A stretch of 51,360 nucleotides of DNA, from contig CAZNMD010000005.1 of assembly GCA_964574355.1 (NCBI GenBank), positions 1 to 51,360 on the forward strand. Direction: 5' to 3'. The notes under the pieces are model-generated. The model did no database searches, was not told the origin of the DNA, and saw nothing but the letters and a program-made list of their open reading frames with translations. The DNA is from an uncultured Candidatus Saccharibacteria bacterium (GTDB lineage: Bacteria > Patescibacteriota > Minisyncoccia > Phycocordibacterales > DSPV01). Below, one piece after another: positions 17,821-26,208 of this stretch. How positions within the stretch are numbered: position 1 is the stretch's first letter; each line of letters begins with the position of its first letter. Made by a program: the position numbers and the translations under genes.

Positions 17821-19092
17821 CTAAGGCGTAATTTTTTTTGTACCAAGATAAGAAGCAAGCGCGTCAGGAATATCAATACCACCATCAGGTGTCTGATTAT
17901 TCTCAATAAGAGAAATCAAAAAACGCGGAGTAGCCAAGGCGGTTGAATTAAGAGAGTGTACAAATTTTAATTTACCATCATCATCTTTGTATCGAATATT
18001 TAATCGTCGCGCCTGAAAATCATGAAAATAGGAAGCCGAGTGTGATTCACGATACCTCTTCTCGAAAGGATGCCAAACTTCAATATCATATTTTTTTACT
18101 TGGCCTAATCCTAAATCACCACCACAGTTAGCAACAACGTGATATGGAACTTCCATCATCTGAACAACCTCCTCTGCATTTTTAGTAATTTCTTCGTGGA
18201 GCTTAACACTTTCTTCGTGACTTGCTTCACACAAAACAACCTGCTCCCATTTCATAAATTCGTGAACACGCATCAACCCTTTTATATCTTTACTATGCGC
18301 ACCAGCCTCACGACGAAAACAAGGCGAAAATGCAATTATTTTCAATGGCAACTTTTCTTTTGGAATAATTTCATCCATAAAATATCCCATCGTACCCACC
18401 TCACCAGTACCAGCAAGATAATCACCATCTTGGGTTTTATAGAGATCTTCTTCTCCTTGTGGTAAATATCCGGTACCGAACAATGTCTCGCGCCGAAGAA
18501 GAGACGGAACAAACATAGGAACAAATCCCTTCTTCTTCACAAAATAATCAAACACAAGCTGCCAAACCGCAAAATCAAGAGCAGCCCCTCCCCCCTTAAG
18601 AAAATATCCACGAAAACCGGCAACCTTGGCACCACGCTCAAAATCAGCCATTGAAAGTTTTTCCATGAGCTCAATGTGTGATTTCACTTCAAAATCAAAG
18701 GTTGGAATTTTCCCCCACGCACGAACCTCTTTATTCTCAGCATCTGTCTTTCCATCAGGAACAGACATATCAGGGATATTGGGAACCTGGAGCATCAAAA
18801 GTTTCCACTCATCGATCGCATCTTTGAGACGCTTTTCAGTCGACTTCATCTCTTCTTTAACCGCCTGCATTTCCCGAATCATTAAATCTCGAACTTCAGC
18901 GTCAGCACCAGCTGCAGCAATTTTTTTAGAATATTCATTTTGAGCTGCACGCTTAACCTCGACTCGTGCCATAAGATCACGGCGCTTTTCATCAGCCTTT
19001 AACAACTTTGCAATATCAAAATCTAAATACTTCCGCTTCGCACCAGCAGCAACAAGATCAGCATTTTCACGAATGAATTTAATATCAAGCAT
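17821..19092 (-). CDS. serS: serine--tRNA ligase
   Basis: MLDIKFIREN, CFRREAG, GLMRVHEF and HSLNSTALATPR. Confidence 0.97.
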   Translation of the reverse strand: MLDIKFIRENADLVAAGAKRKYLDFDIAKLLKADEKRRDLMARVEVKRAAQNEYSKKIAAAGADAEVRDLMIREMQAVKEEMKSTEKRLKDAIDEWKLLMLQVPNIPDMSVPDGKTDAENKEVRAWGKIPTFDFEVKSHIELMEKLSMADFERGAKVAGFRGYFLKGGGAALDFAVWQLVFDYFVKKKGFVPMFVPSLLRRETLFGTGYLPQGEEDLYKTQDGDYLAGTGEVGTMGYFMDEIIPKEKLPLKIIAFSPCFRREAGAHSKDIKGLMRVHEFMKWEQVVLCEASHEESVKLHEEITKNAEEVVQMMEVPYHVVANCGGDLGLGQVKKYDIEVWHPFEKRYRESHSASYFHDFQARRLNIRYKDDDGKLKFVHSLNSTALATPRFLISLIENNQTPDGGIDIPDALASYLGTKKITP

Positions 19093-19143
19093 ATGTGTTA
19101 TATCGTTACACCAATAGTAACAACAAATGGTACAATCGGACAA

Positions 19144-20004
19144 ATGACTAACGCGAATATACGCGTGTTAGAGAAGAAACATTGGCCGCCACAATTGACG
19201 GAAATTCCTGAGGTACCAAAAAAACTCTTTATTCGTGGCCAAACCCCCGACTGGAGTCGAATACTCCTTGCTGTTGTTGGGGCAAGAAAAAATACCAGCT
19301 ACGGAAAAGATGCATGCGAAACATTAATCGCCGGACTTTCCGGTTCACCTATTACTATTGTTTCCGGACTTGCACTTGGCATTGATGCGATAGCACATAG
19401 AGCGGCACTTAACGCCCGACTTCCAACCATAGCTATTCCCGGATCAGGACTTTCAAAGACTGTTCTTTATCCTAGAAGTAATCACGGGCTCGCCGAAAAA
19501 ATAGTTGAATCTGGAGGAGCACTCATTTCTGAATTTGAACCAGAATTTCGAGCAACCGTATGGAGCTTCCCCCAAAGAAATAGAATTATGGCGGGAATGT
19601 CACGCGCCGTACTTGTTATTGAGGCAGAGAAAAAATCAGGAACACTCATCACCGCTCGCCTTGCAACCGAATACAATCGCGACGTATTAACCGTGCCTGG
19701 TTCATTATTTTCACCCACCTCAGAGGGACCCCATCTTTTGCTTCGGCTTGGAGCAACACCGATCGCATCATCCAACGACATTCTAGATGCACTTAATTTA
19801 AAACAAGAGGATAAAAAAGAAAAAGATTATAGCGATTGTTCACCAGACGAAATAAAAATCTTAGAACTTTTAGCTGAACCGAAATCAAGAGACGCCCTCA
19901 TTCAACAATTAAACAAAACCGCTTCTGAATTAAACGCCCTCCTTTCAATTATGGAAATAAAAGGTTTGATTAAAGAATCACTTGGTGAAATTCATCGAGT
20001 ATAA
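19144..20004 (+). CDS. dprA: DNA-processing protein DprA
   Basis: AVVGAR, VSGLALGIDAIAH, FPQRNRIMAG, SGTLITA and a C-terminal winged helix. Confidence 0.96.
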   Translation: MTNANIRVLEKKHWPPQLTEIPEVPKKLFIRGQTPDWSRILLAVVGARKNTSYGKDACETLIAGLSGSPITIVSGLALGIDAIAHRAALNARLPTIAIPGSGLSKTVLYPRSNHGLAEKIVESGGALISEFEPEFRATVWSFPQRNRIMAGMSRAVLVIEAEKKSGTLITARLATEYNRDVLTVPGSLFSPTSEGPHLLLRLGATPIASSNDILDALNLKQEDKKEKDYSDCSPDEIKILELLAEPKSRDALIQQLNKTASELNALLSIMEIKGLIKESLGEIHRV

Positions 20005-20008
20005 AAAG

Positions 20009-20036
20009 TTGATTTATTACGGATACGTTATACAAT
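20009..20036 (+). promoter_or_regulatory. promoter of RNA cassette 1
   Basis: TTGATT-N16-TACAAT. Confidence 0.65.
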
Positions 20037-20042
20037 CGCAAT

Positions 20043-20244
20043 TAGAGTGACAGAGCGATTCCTGGAATTAAGTCTCCTGCTCCATTTCGGGACAGCTTCG
20101 ATATCTTCTCGATTTCGGGCTTTAGACCATTTCTAGGTGAACGTTCGAGTGCAATACTTGAATACCGGTTCAATCCGGCGCTACTCTGCCGCACGATGTA
20201 TTATCTTTAGCTTTCTGGCCAAAGATTGCACCGTGCGGTTTTTT
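20043..20244 (+). ncRNA. unknown structured RNA 1 (dprA-topA array)
   Basis: Nested stems, a GCAA-loop hairpin, a CCGG-TTCAAT-CCGG hairpin and a terminal CCGCACG/CGTGCGG stem with T6. Confidence 0.65.
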
Positions 20245-20245
20245 C

Positions 20246-20273
20246 TTGACAAAAAAACCTAAGTATGTATAAT
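20246..20273 (+). promoter_or_regulatory. promoter of RNA cassette 2
   Basis: Consensus TTGACA-N16-TATAAT. Confidence 0.85.
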
Positions 20274-20279
20274 ACTCTC

Positions 20280-20510
20280 CAGAGTCTGCAAAGGAAGCCT
20301 TTGGCTGAAAGAGGTTCGGCGGAGAATCCCCGGCATACGTTTGACCGGTTTTACGTCTACGAAGCAGACAAGGGTCCGTCCTGTGATTCCAGAGATGATC
20401 GCCTTGCCGACAGTGGCAATTCTAAACACTGAGTATCAGACCATTCCGATACGGGTGGGAAGACGTCCCCATAACGACCGGTCGATGCGCCACATCGTCC
20501 GGTTCTTTTT
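20280..20510 (+). ncRNA. unknown structured RNA 2 (dprA-topA array)
   Basis: GTCTGC/GCAGAC closing stem, TTGCC/GGCAA hairpin, terminator GACCGG..CCGGTT plus T5; no ORF on the transcribed strand. Confidence 0.65.
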
Positions 20511-20516
20511 ATTTTA

Positions 20517-20544
20517 TTGACTTCATTTTCAATCCAGTTATGAT
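20517..20544 (+). promoter_or_regulatory. promoter of RNA cassette 3
   Basis: TTGACT-N16-TATGAT. Confidence 0.75.
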
Positions 20545-20550
20545 TCTTCC

Positions 20551-20803
20551 CGGAGGTAACAACCAACACCTGGCGAGGCTCCCTTCGTGAATTGGGGGTG
20601 ATTAGGTTCAAATCCTAAAGTTGGGGTGAGCACTTTATATAGGGAAAGCATAAAACAGGTACTTGAAAGTACATAGGTGGGAGACATCGAACCACGGGCT
20701 TCGGCATGTGGGGAGTCGCAGAATGTAAAACCACCCGCCTTTTTATAGAGTGCAAGCTTGCTCCACTGTCGCATGGATACTCCGGTATTCATGCGACTTT
20801 TTT
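20551..20803 (+). ncRNA. unknown structured RNA 3: tRNA-like domain plus 23S L1-stalk-like domain
   Basis: TTAGG-TTCAAAT-CCTAA T-arm; ATAGGTGGGAGAC...GGAGTC...ACCACCC; terminator GTCGCATGGATAC/GTATTCATGCGAC plus T6. Confidence 0.75.
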
Positions 20804-20905
20804 ATTTTCTTCCTCATACCCTTCATTTGTATCCTTCGTCTTAAAAATCTTTTCCCCAATTTGGCACTTTAAAAAATGCATGCTATTAATTAGCGCGATA
20901 CGTCC

Positions 20906-23080
20906 ATGAAATTACTTATTGTCGAGTCACCAGCAAAAGCAAAGACCATCGAAAAATATCTCGATGGGAAATTTACCGTACGCGCATCTGTTGGTCACGT
21001 GCGAGATCTCCCAAAATCAAATAAAAAAGCAGTTGATATTGAAAACGGTTTTAAGCCTCATTACGAAATTGCCAAGGGAAAAGAAAAAGTTGTTGATGAG
21101 TTAAAAAAATTGGCCAACAAAGCGGATGAAGTAATCCTTGCAACCGACCCTGATCGTGAAGGCGAAGCGATTGCCTGGCACATTGCTGAAGTAACTGACT
21201 TGAAAAAACCAAAGCGAATTGTCTTTCACGAAATTACTAAAGACGCTGTAAACGAAGCACTGCTTCATCCGCGCCTCATTGATACTCACCTTCGAAAAGC
21301 ACAAGAGGCCCGACGTGTATTAGACCGCCTCGTTGGTTACGACCTTTCAGGAATTATCTGGAAAAAAGTTCGCTACGGACTTTCTGCCGGCCGCGTACAA
21401 TCACCAGCACTTCGCATTATTATGGAGCGTGAGCGAGAAATTCGCGCTTTCAAAAGTGAAACCTATTGGGTTATCAAAGCCGATACGAAAACAAACACTG
21501 GCGACCCTATTCCTTTTATCTCCTCAGTTGAACCAAAAGAAGAAGCTGAGACAAAACGCATAGTTGAAACCGCAAAAAAAGCTGACTGGATCATTGCTTC
21601 TATCGAAGAGGCTGAAGCGAAGCGAAGCCCCCGCCCTCCTTTTATCACCTCAACACTTCAGCAGGCTGCTTCATCGCGCCTTGGACTTCCACCTTCACGT
21701 ACGATGGGTCTTGCTCAGCGTCTCTACGAAGCTGGCCTCATCACTTATATGCGCACCGATAGTACGAACCTATCAGCCGTTGCTCATACCCAGATCAAAG
21801 CGGCCATAGAACATTCTTTCGGCAAAGAACTTTACCAAGAACATACGTACACAAAGAAGAGTAAAAATGCTCAGGAAGCTCACGAGGCAATCCGCCCAAC
21901 CAACTTTTCAATTGAATCAGCCGGAAGTGATGAAGCACAAAAACGTCTCTATAAACTTATCTGGCAAAGAACAGTTGCCTCACAAATGAAAGATGCTCGT
22001 GTTTCGCGAACAAGAATTACCGCAAATGTTGCCAAAGGTGCCGTTCCAGATTTCAACGCCGATGGAACACGCGTGATTTTCCCCGGCTGGCTTTTGGCAG
22101 ACACCGGTGCTCGAGGTGAGGATGTTGAACTACCAAAAGTAAAAGAGGGTGACAAACTTACTGTTATTGATGTAACAAGCGAAGAAAAACACACCCAGCC
22201 ACCACCACACTACAGTGAAGCAGGACTCGTTAAGGAACTGGAAAAACGCGGCATCGGCAGACCTTCAACCTACGCGTCTATCATTAAAACACTCGTCGAC
22301 CGAGGATATGTGACAAAAGAGCAACGGGCACTCATTCCAACCGACACCGGTGATGTTGTTTCAAGTTTCCTTGAAAATAATTTTGCTGAATATATTAGTG
22401 ACGGATTTACCGCCTCTATGGAAGACGACCTTGACCAAATTGCATCAGGCGAAAAAGAGTACGAGAAAACACTTTCGGCTTTTTACAAACCCTTTCTCAA
22501 AGACATTAAATCAAAAGAGAAGCTGGCAAAAGCTACCAACTTAGGCGACGCGGATCCATCAATGAAGTGTCCGGTCTGTGGCAGTAGCATGATTATCAAA
22601 CTCGGCAAATCGGGAAAGTTTCTCTCATGCGACAAATTTCCAACCTGTGTTGGAGCTCGCATGATGAATGGCGACCCTATCGAAGGACCAAAAGAGACCG
22701 GTGAACTCTGCCCTGACTGTGGCAATAAACTTGTTGAGCGTATGGGACGTTTCGGAAAATTTATTTCCTGCAGTACCTATCCAAAATGCAAGTTCATCAA
22801 AAAAGATCCTGAGCAAGAAGCAAAAGAAAAAACTGGTGTGAAATGCCCCATGTGTGGCACCGGTGAGATTGTCCAAAAAGGTGGACGCTTTGGACCATTC
22901 TTTGCTTGCAACAATTATCCGAAGTGTAACTTCACCATGAAAGCGAAACCAACCGGTCGTGTCTGTGGCGAATGTGGTTCCCTCATGATGGAAGGTACAA
23001 AAACAATCCCTGAACGCTGTTCAAATAAAACTTGTATACGACATAAACCTGCTAAAAAAACCCCGGAAGAAACTAAGTAA
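20906..23080 (+). CDS. topA: DNA topoisomerase I
   Basis: IVESPAKA, ATDPDREGE, SAGRVQ, ITYMRTD (catalytic Tyr) and C-terminal C4 zinc ribbons. Confidence 0.98.
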   Translation: MKLLIVESPAKAKTIEKYLDGKFTVRASVGHVRDLPKSNKKAVDIENGFKPHYEIAKGKEKVVDELKKLANKADEVILATDPDREGEAIAWHIAEVTDLKKPKRIVFHEITKDAVNEALLHPRLIDTHLRKAQEARRVLDRLVGYDLSGIIWKKVRYGLSAGRVQSPALRIIMEREREIRAFKSETYWVIKADTKTNTGDPIPFISSVEPKEEAETKRIVETAKKADWIIASIEEAEAKRSPRPPFITSTLQQAASSRLGLPPSRTMGLAQRLYEAGLITYMRTDSTNLSAVAHTQIKAAIEHSFGKELYQEHTYTKKSKNAQEAHEAIRPTNFSIESAGSDEAQKRLYKLIWQRTVASQMKDARVSRTRITANVAKGAVPDFNADGTRVIFPGWLLADTGARGEDVELPKVKEGDKLTVIDVTSEEKHTQPPPHYSEAGLVKELEKRGIGRPSTYASIIKTLVDRGYVTKEQRALIPTDTGDVVSSFLENNFAEYISDGFTASMEDDLDQIASGEKEYEKTLSAFYKPFLKDIKSKEKLAKATNLGDADPSMKCPVCGSSMIIKLGKSGKFLSCDKFPTCVGARMMNGDPIEGPKETGELCPDCGNKLVERMGRFGKFISCSTYPKCKFIKKDPEQEAKEKTGVKCPMCGTGEIVQKGGRFGPFFACNNYPKCNFTMKAKPTGRVCGECGSLMMEGTKTIPERCSNKTCIRHKPAKKTPEETK

Positions 23081-23109
23081 AAAAAACCACCCTACAAGGG
23101 TGGTTTTTG
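23081..23109. terminator. bidirectional terminator
   Basis: AAAAACCACCCT-ACA-AGGGTGGTTTTT. Confidence 0.75.
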
Positions 23110-23367
23110 TTTTATCGCAAAACGTAGATAACGCTTTTGCCGATTAACTTCGGTGACAATAACATACTCACGAATGAACGTATCTTCATCACTTAGAAGC
23201 TCTTTACCACTTAATACACGATACGCTTCAAGAAGACCGTACTTGAGCACTTGGCCAACTTCGGGACAATGCGTACGCACCGGCACACCTTCAAGCTCAA
23301 TAACTAAACCAGGCATACAAAGCTCTTTACAAATATCGACCAAAGGAACTTTTCTTCTTGGGGGCAT
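23092..23367 (-). CDS. hypothetical protein
   Basis: AAAGGA SD before ATG 23367 (MPPRRK...); the C-terminus weakly resembles an S1/OB strand pattern. Confidence 0.55.
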   Translation of the reverse strand: MPPRRKVPLVDICKELCMPGLVIELEGVPVRTHCPEVGQVLKYGLLEAYRVLSGKELLSDEDTFIREYVIVTEVNRQKRYLRFAIKQKPPL

Positions 23368-23504
23368 GTTTCCTTTCTTAAAAAACCATATCACAAAATA
23401 TTGACATATCAAAATAATGGGATATAGTCACCGAGGAAAAAGACTAGTGCTTTTTAGGTACTTGGTCTTTAAAAACAACAACCAACACAAAAAGAGAGGT
23501 TTGA

Positions 23505-24590
23505 TTGAGTACTTCAAAAAGCATATACGTGATTGTTGGCGATATCGGCGGATGCAAAGAATTGATGCCAGTGGTGGATATTTTGATCACACGCGGCCAC
23601 AAGATCACATGGATCGTTGATTCAAAGGGTAAAGCAAAGGAAACCCTCGAAAAAGCCAAGATCGCTTTTTTAGCTGACAACGATGAAGTCTATGCGTCCG
23701 CACAACCGGACCTTGTTCTCATCGGCACGAGCGCCACTGCCTGTGGAACGCAAAACCTATGGACAGATCGCTTCAAAGGAAAATGCAATGTCGTTTGGTA
23801 CGAAGATCTCTACGGAACCGGCGAAGTGGTCGCCGTTCGAGGATGCATTGGTCCAGACACACTCATTACCATCGACGAGGTTGCGAGAGACATCGCAAGC
23901 AAAGCGTGGATACAAGCTCATGTGGTAGTCGGTGGTAAACCAACATACGGCAACACTCTCACCACCCTCATCCCGAGACGTGCAGAGTTACGAGAATCAC
24001 TTCGATTCCAAATGAAACTCGAGCATTCGCACGACACCCCAATCGTCACTTACGTATCAATGGGTGAATCAACTGAGCGAATCTGGGCTCACCTCCTCGC
24101 CCTTGGCCAGGCCTTCGATCGAGGAGAAAAAGTGATCGTTCGTCTCCACCCAAAACTGAAACCGTCATTCAGCTCTCTTAAGGCCCATGCCGCATGTTGC
24201 CTCGGCAACAACCTGCTTGATACGAGCACAATTGATGACACCACAAATGTCATCCTTGGTTCCGACCTCGTAGTCACAGATTACGGCGGAGACGCTCCTT
24301 ATCAAGCGGCGCTGGCAGGAATTCCGGTCATCATGACAATGTTTCCTGATTGTGCCGAAGCTCTGAAGACACGAGGCTATCCACATGGTATACCACCACT
24401 TCTTTACGCAGGAGCCTGTTGGGGTGCACGCGACGCAAACGACATGGAAGTGCTCGCAACCGGCATCAGAAAAGCTCCTTTGACAGCAAACGCGAGAGTT
24501 CGAGAGATGGTCCAACCATTCCTCCCTCTTTTAAACCCCGATGCGGCGAATACTATCGCCAACATCGTAGAATCCTGCTTCGACCGCTAG
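23505..24590 (+). CDS. hypothetical GT-B-fold-like protein (sugar/capsule-modifying enzyme-like)
   Basis: GDIGGC N-terminus, PDLVLIGTS, GKP.Y, VRLHP and SDLVV...AALAGIPV pattern; TTGACA-N16-TATAGT promoter at 23401. Confidence 0.6.
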   Translation: MSTSKSIYVIVGDIGGCKELMPVVDILITRGHKITWIVDSKGKAKETLEKAKIAFLADNDEVYASAQPDLVLIGTSATACGTQNLWTDRFKGKCNVVWYEDLYGTGEVVAVRGCIGPDTLITIDEVARDIASKAWIQAHVVVGGKPTYGNTLTTLIPRRAELRESLRFQMKLEHSHDTPIVTYVSMGESTERIWAHLLALGQAFDRGEKVIVRLHPKLKPSFSSLKAHAACCLGNNLLDTSTIDDTTNVILGSDLVVTDYGGDAPYQAALAGIPVIMTMFPDCAEALKTRGYPHGIPPLLYAGACWGARDANDMEVLATGIRKAPLTANARVREMVQPFLPLLNPDAANTIANIVESCFDR

Positions 24591-24647
24591 AAGCTCACAC
24601 CCGGTTCATTTTACGAACCGGGTGATTTTTTATACATTAATTAAAAA

Positions 24648-25781
24648 TTAGAGTGAGAAATTTTTTATCGAATACAATTCAGCCTCGTCATCTTTCTTTT
24701 CTTCAACAGAACGATCATCAATCGGTACGGCAGTTGATTCAGTGACTACTTCTTCAGTGATTTTTGTAGTTTCTTCAGCTGGTTTAACCTCTTCAACGGC
24801 TGGAGTCTGCGAGATACGAGGAGCTATCTCCACTTCTACCAAATTTTGAATAACCTCCTTTTCAATAGGTTTATCTTCAGTACTTTTTACACCATCGTTT
24901 TTCCCTTCATTCTGCTGCGCCAACACAGGCCACTGAAGAATCTTCTTATTGGCATTACCTTTATCAATCAAATGCAAAAGCGCACGCAAATCCTGATCGG
25001 AAAAGAAATCTATATGAACTCTTCCACCCTCACCTTTGTGCTCAATGCGAACACGTGTTCCTAACACCTCAGAAAGCTTGGCTTCCAAATCATACGTCTC
25101 TGGATCTGCCAGTCGGTCTTTTCTCCTAATTCGTTCAACAGCAATGTTTCGGGCAATATGCTCAACTTCGCGAACAGTCAACTTTTTTAAGAGAATTTCT
25201 TTAAACAGCGTAATCTGCTCTTCTGGACGACCGCCGAGCATCAATAGAGGTCGCGTGTGACCTTCTGATATACGCCCCTCTTCAACTGCGGCAAGAATTT
25301 CTTTTGGTAAATCTAAAAGTCGAATAGTGTTACTGACATACTCACGACTTTTTCCTACTCGTTCAGCAATCTGACCGTGTTTAAATTTAAATTCTTCATG
25401 AAGTTGCTTGAAGGCTCGCGCTCGATCAATCGGATTAAGATCTTCGCGCTGTAAATTTTCAATAATCGCAAGTTCAAGTTTTAATCGACTATCATCAGTA
25501 CCTGATCGAATAATCGCCGGAACCTCTCGAACACCTGCAAGCTTAGAAGCACGTAAACGTCGCTCGCCAGAAATAAGTTCATACTCGGTAGAAATACCGC
25601 CATCTTCTTTTGTAACCTCTTTTCGAGTAACAACCAACGGCTGCAACACTCCATACATACCAATAGAATCAGCAAGATCTTTGAGGCGCGCCTCATCAAA
25701 CTCCTTCCTCGGCTGGTAAGGATTTGGTTTTATTTTATCTACATCAATCCAAAAAATTGAATCACCAAAAAATTGAGACAT
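24648..25781 (-). CDS. parB: ParB/Spo0J chromosome partitioning protein
   Basis: PNPYQPRKEF, GVLQP, ISGERRLRA, IENLQREDL, HTH and an acidic C-terminal tail. Confidence 0.95.
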   Translation of the reverse strand: MSQFFGDSIFWIDVDKIKPNPYQPRKEFDEARLKDLADSIGMYGVLQPLVVTRKEVTKEDGGISTEYELISGERRLRASKLAGVREVPAIIRSGTDDSRLKLELAIIENLQREDLNPIDRARAFKQLHEEFKFKHGQIAERVGKSREYVSNTIRLLDLPKEILAAVEEGRISEGHTRPLLMLGGRPEEQITLFKEILLKKLTVREVEHIARNIAVERIRRKDRLADPETYDLEAKLSEVLGTRVRIEHKGEGGRVHIDFFSDQDLRALLHLIDKGNANKKILQWPVLAQQNEGKNDGVKSTEDKPIEKEVIQNLVEVEIAPRISQTPAVEEVKPAEETTKITEEVVTESTAVPIDDRSVEEKKDDEAELYSIKNFSL

Positions 25782-25868
25782 TGAATCAAAGCGCCATTAG
25801 AAATACAGGGAAATTATATCATGCCCATAAGAAAATTCTGTGTTACCACCCGTAGGGAAAAGCGTCAT

Positions 25869-26044
25869 TTCCGTCCCAACTCGAAGACTCGTTTGTGCCT
25901 AAAGACTTGATCTTTACATGATCAGTACAGGTTTCCCATTTTCTCACCATCAGAATGGTTCAAAAATATGGGAGAACCTTTTCAAGTCCCTTCTCGCGAA
26001 CAAAGTAGTTTGTTCGCTTCCGTCCCAACTCGAAGACTCGTTTG
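25869..26044 (-). other. structured tRNA-Leu(CAA) tail element
   Basis: Inverted copy of the tRNA 3' end (25981-25995), inserted hairpin, core, and a 31-bp direct repeat (25869-25899 and 26018-26048). Confidence 0.75.
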
Positions 26045-26125
26045 TGCCGGAGAAGGGACTTGAACCCTTAAGCCTTGCGGCATGCGATTTTGAGTCGCAC
26101 GTGTATGCCATTCCACCACTCCGGC
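26045..26125 (-). tRNA. tRNA-Leu(CAA)
   Basis: GCCGGAG acceptor, TGCGA-CTCAAAA-TCGCA, long variable arm, GGTTCAAGTCC. Confidence 0.96.
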
Positions 26126-26208
26126 GTACTGACAAATCTACACCACTTAGCGTGTTTGCTCAACAGGTATTATTTGTAAATACCCCCATAGTCTGTTAGT
26201 ACTTAAGT

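Noticed and set aside
20390-20465. Similarity of RNA 2 to 16S rRNA (GATGATC.GCC...ACTGAG...TACGGG) or RNase P
   Set aside because: Only short scattered words match, with inconsistent spacing.
20630-20753. True rRNA gene or rRNA pseudogene
   Set aside because: Similarity is limited to the L1-stalk head, and the flanks form their own stem within a separate promoter-terminator unit.
20357-20909. ORFs of 67-84 aa in the dprA-topA gap
   Set aside because: They are antisense to, or cut across, the promoter/terminator units and have no recognisable protein features.
25904-25980. Hammerhead or HDV-like ribozyme in the tRNA tail core
   Set aside because: CTGATGG/CTGATGC does not fit CUGANGA and lies in a hairpin loop; no HDV-like nested pseudoknot was seen at the tRNA 3' end.
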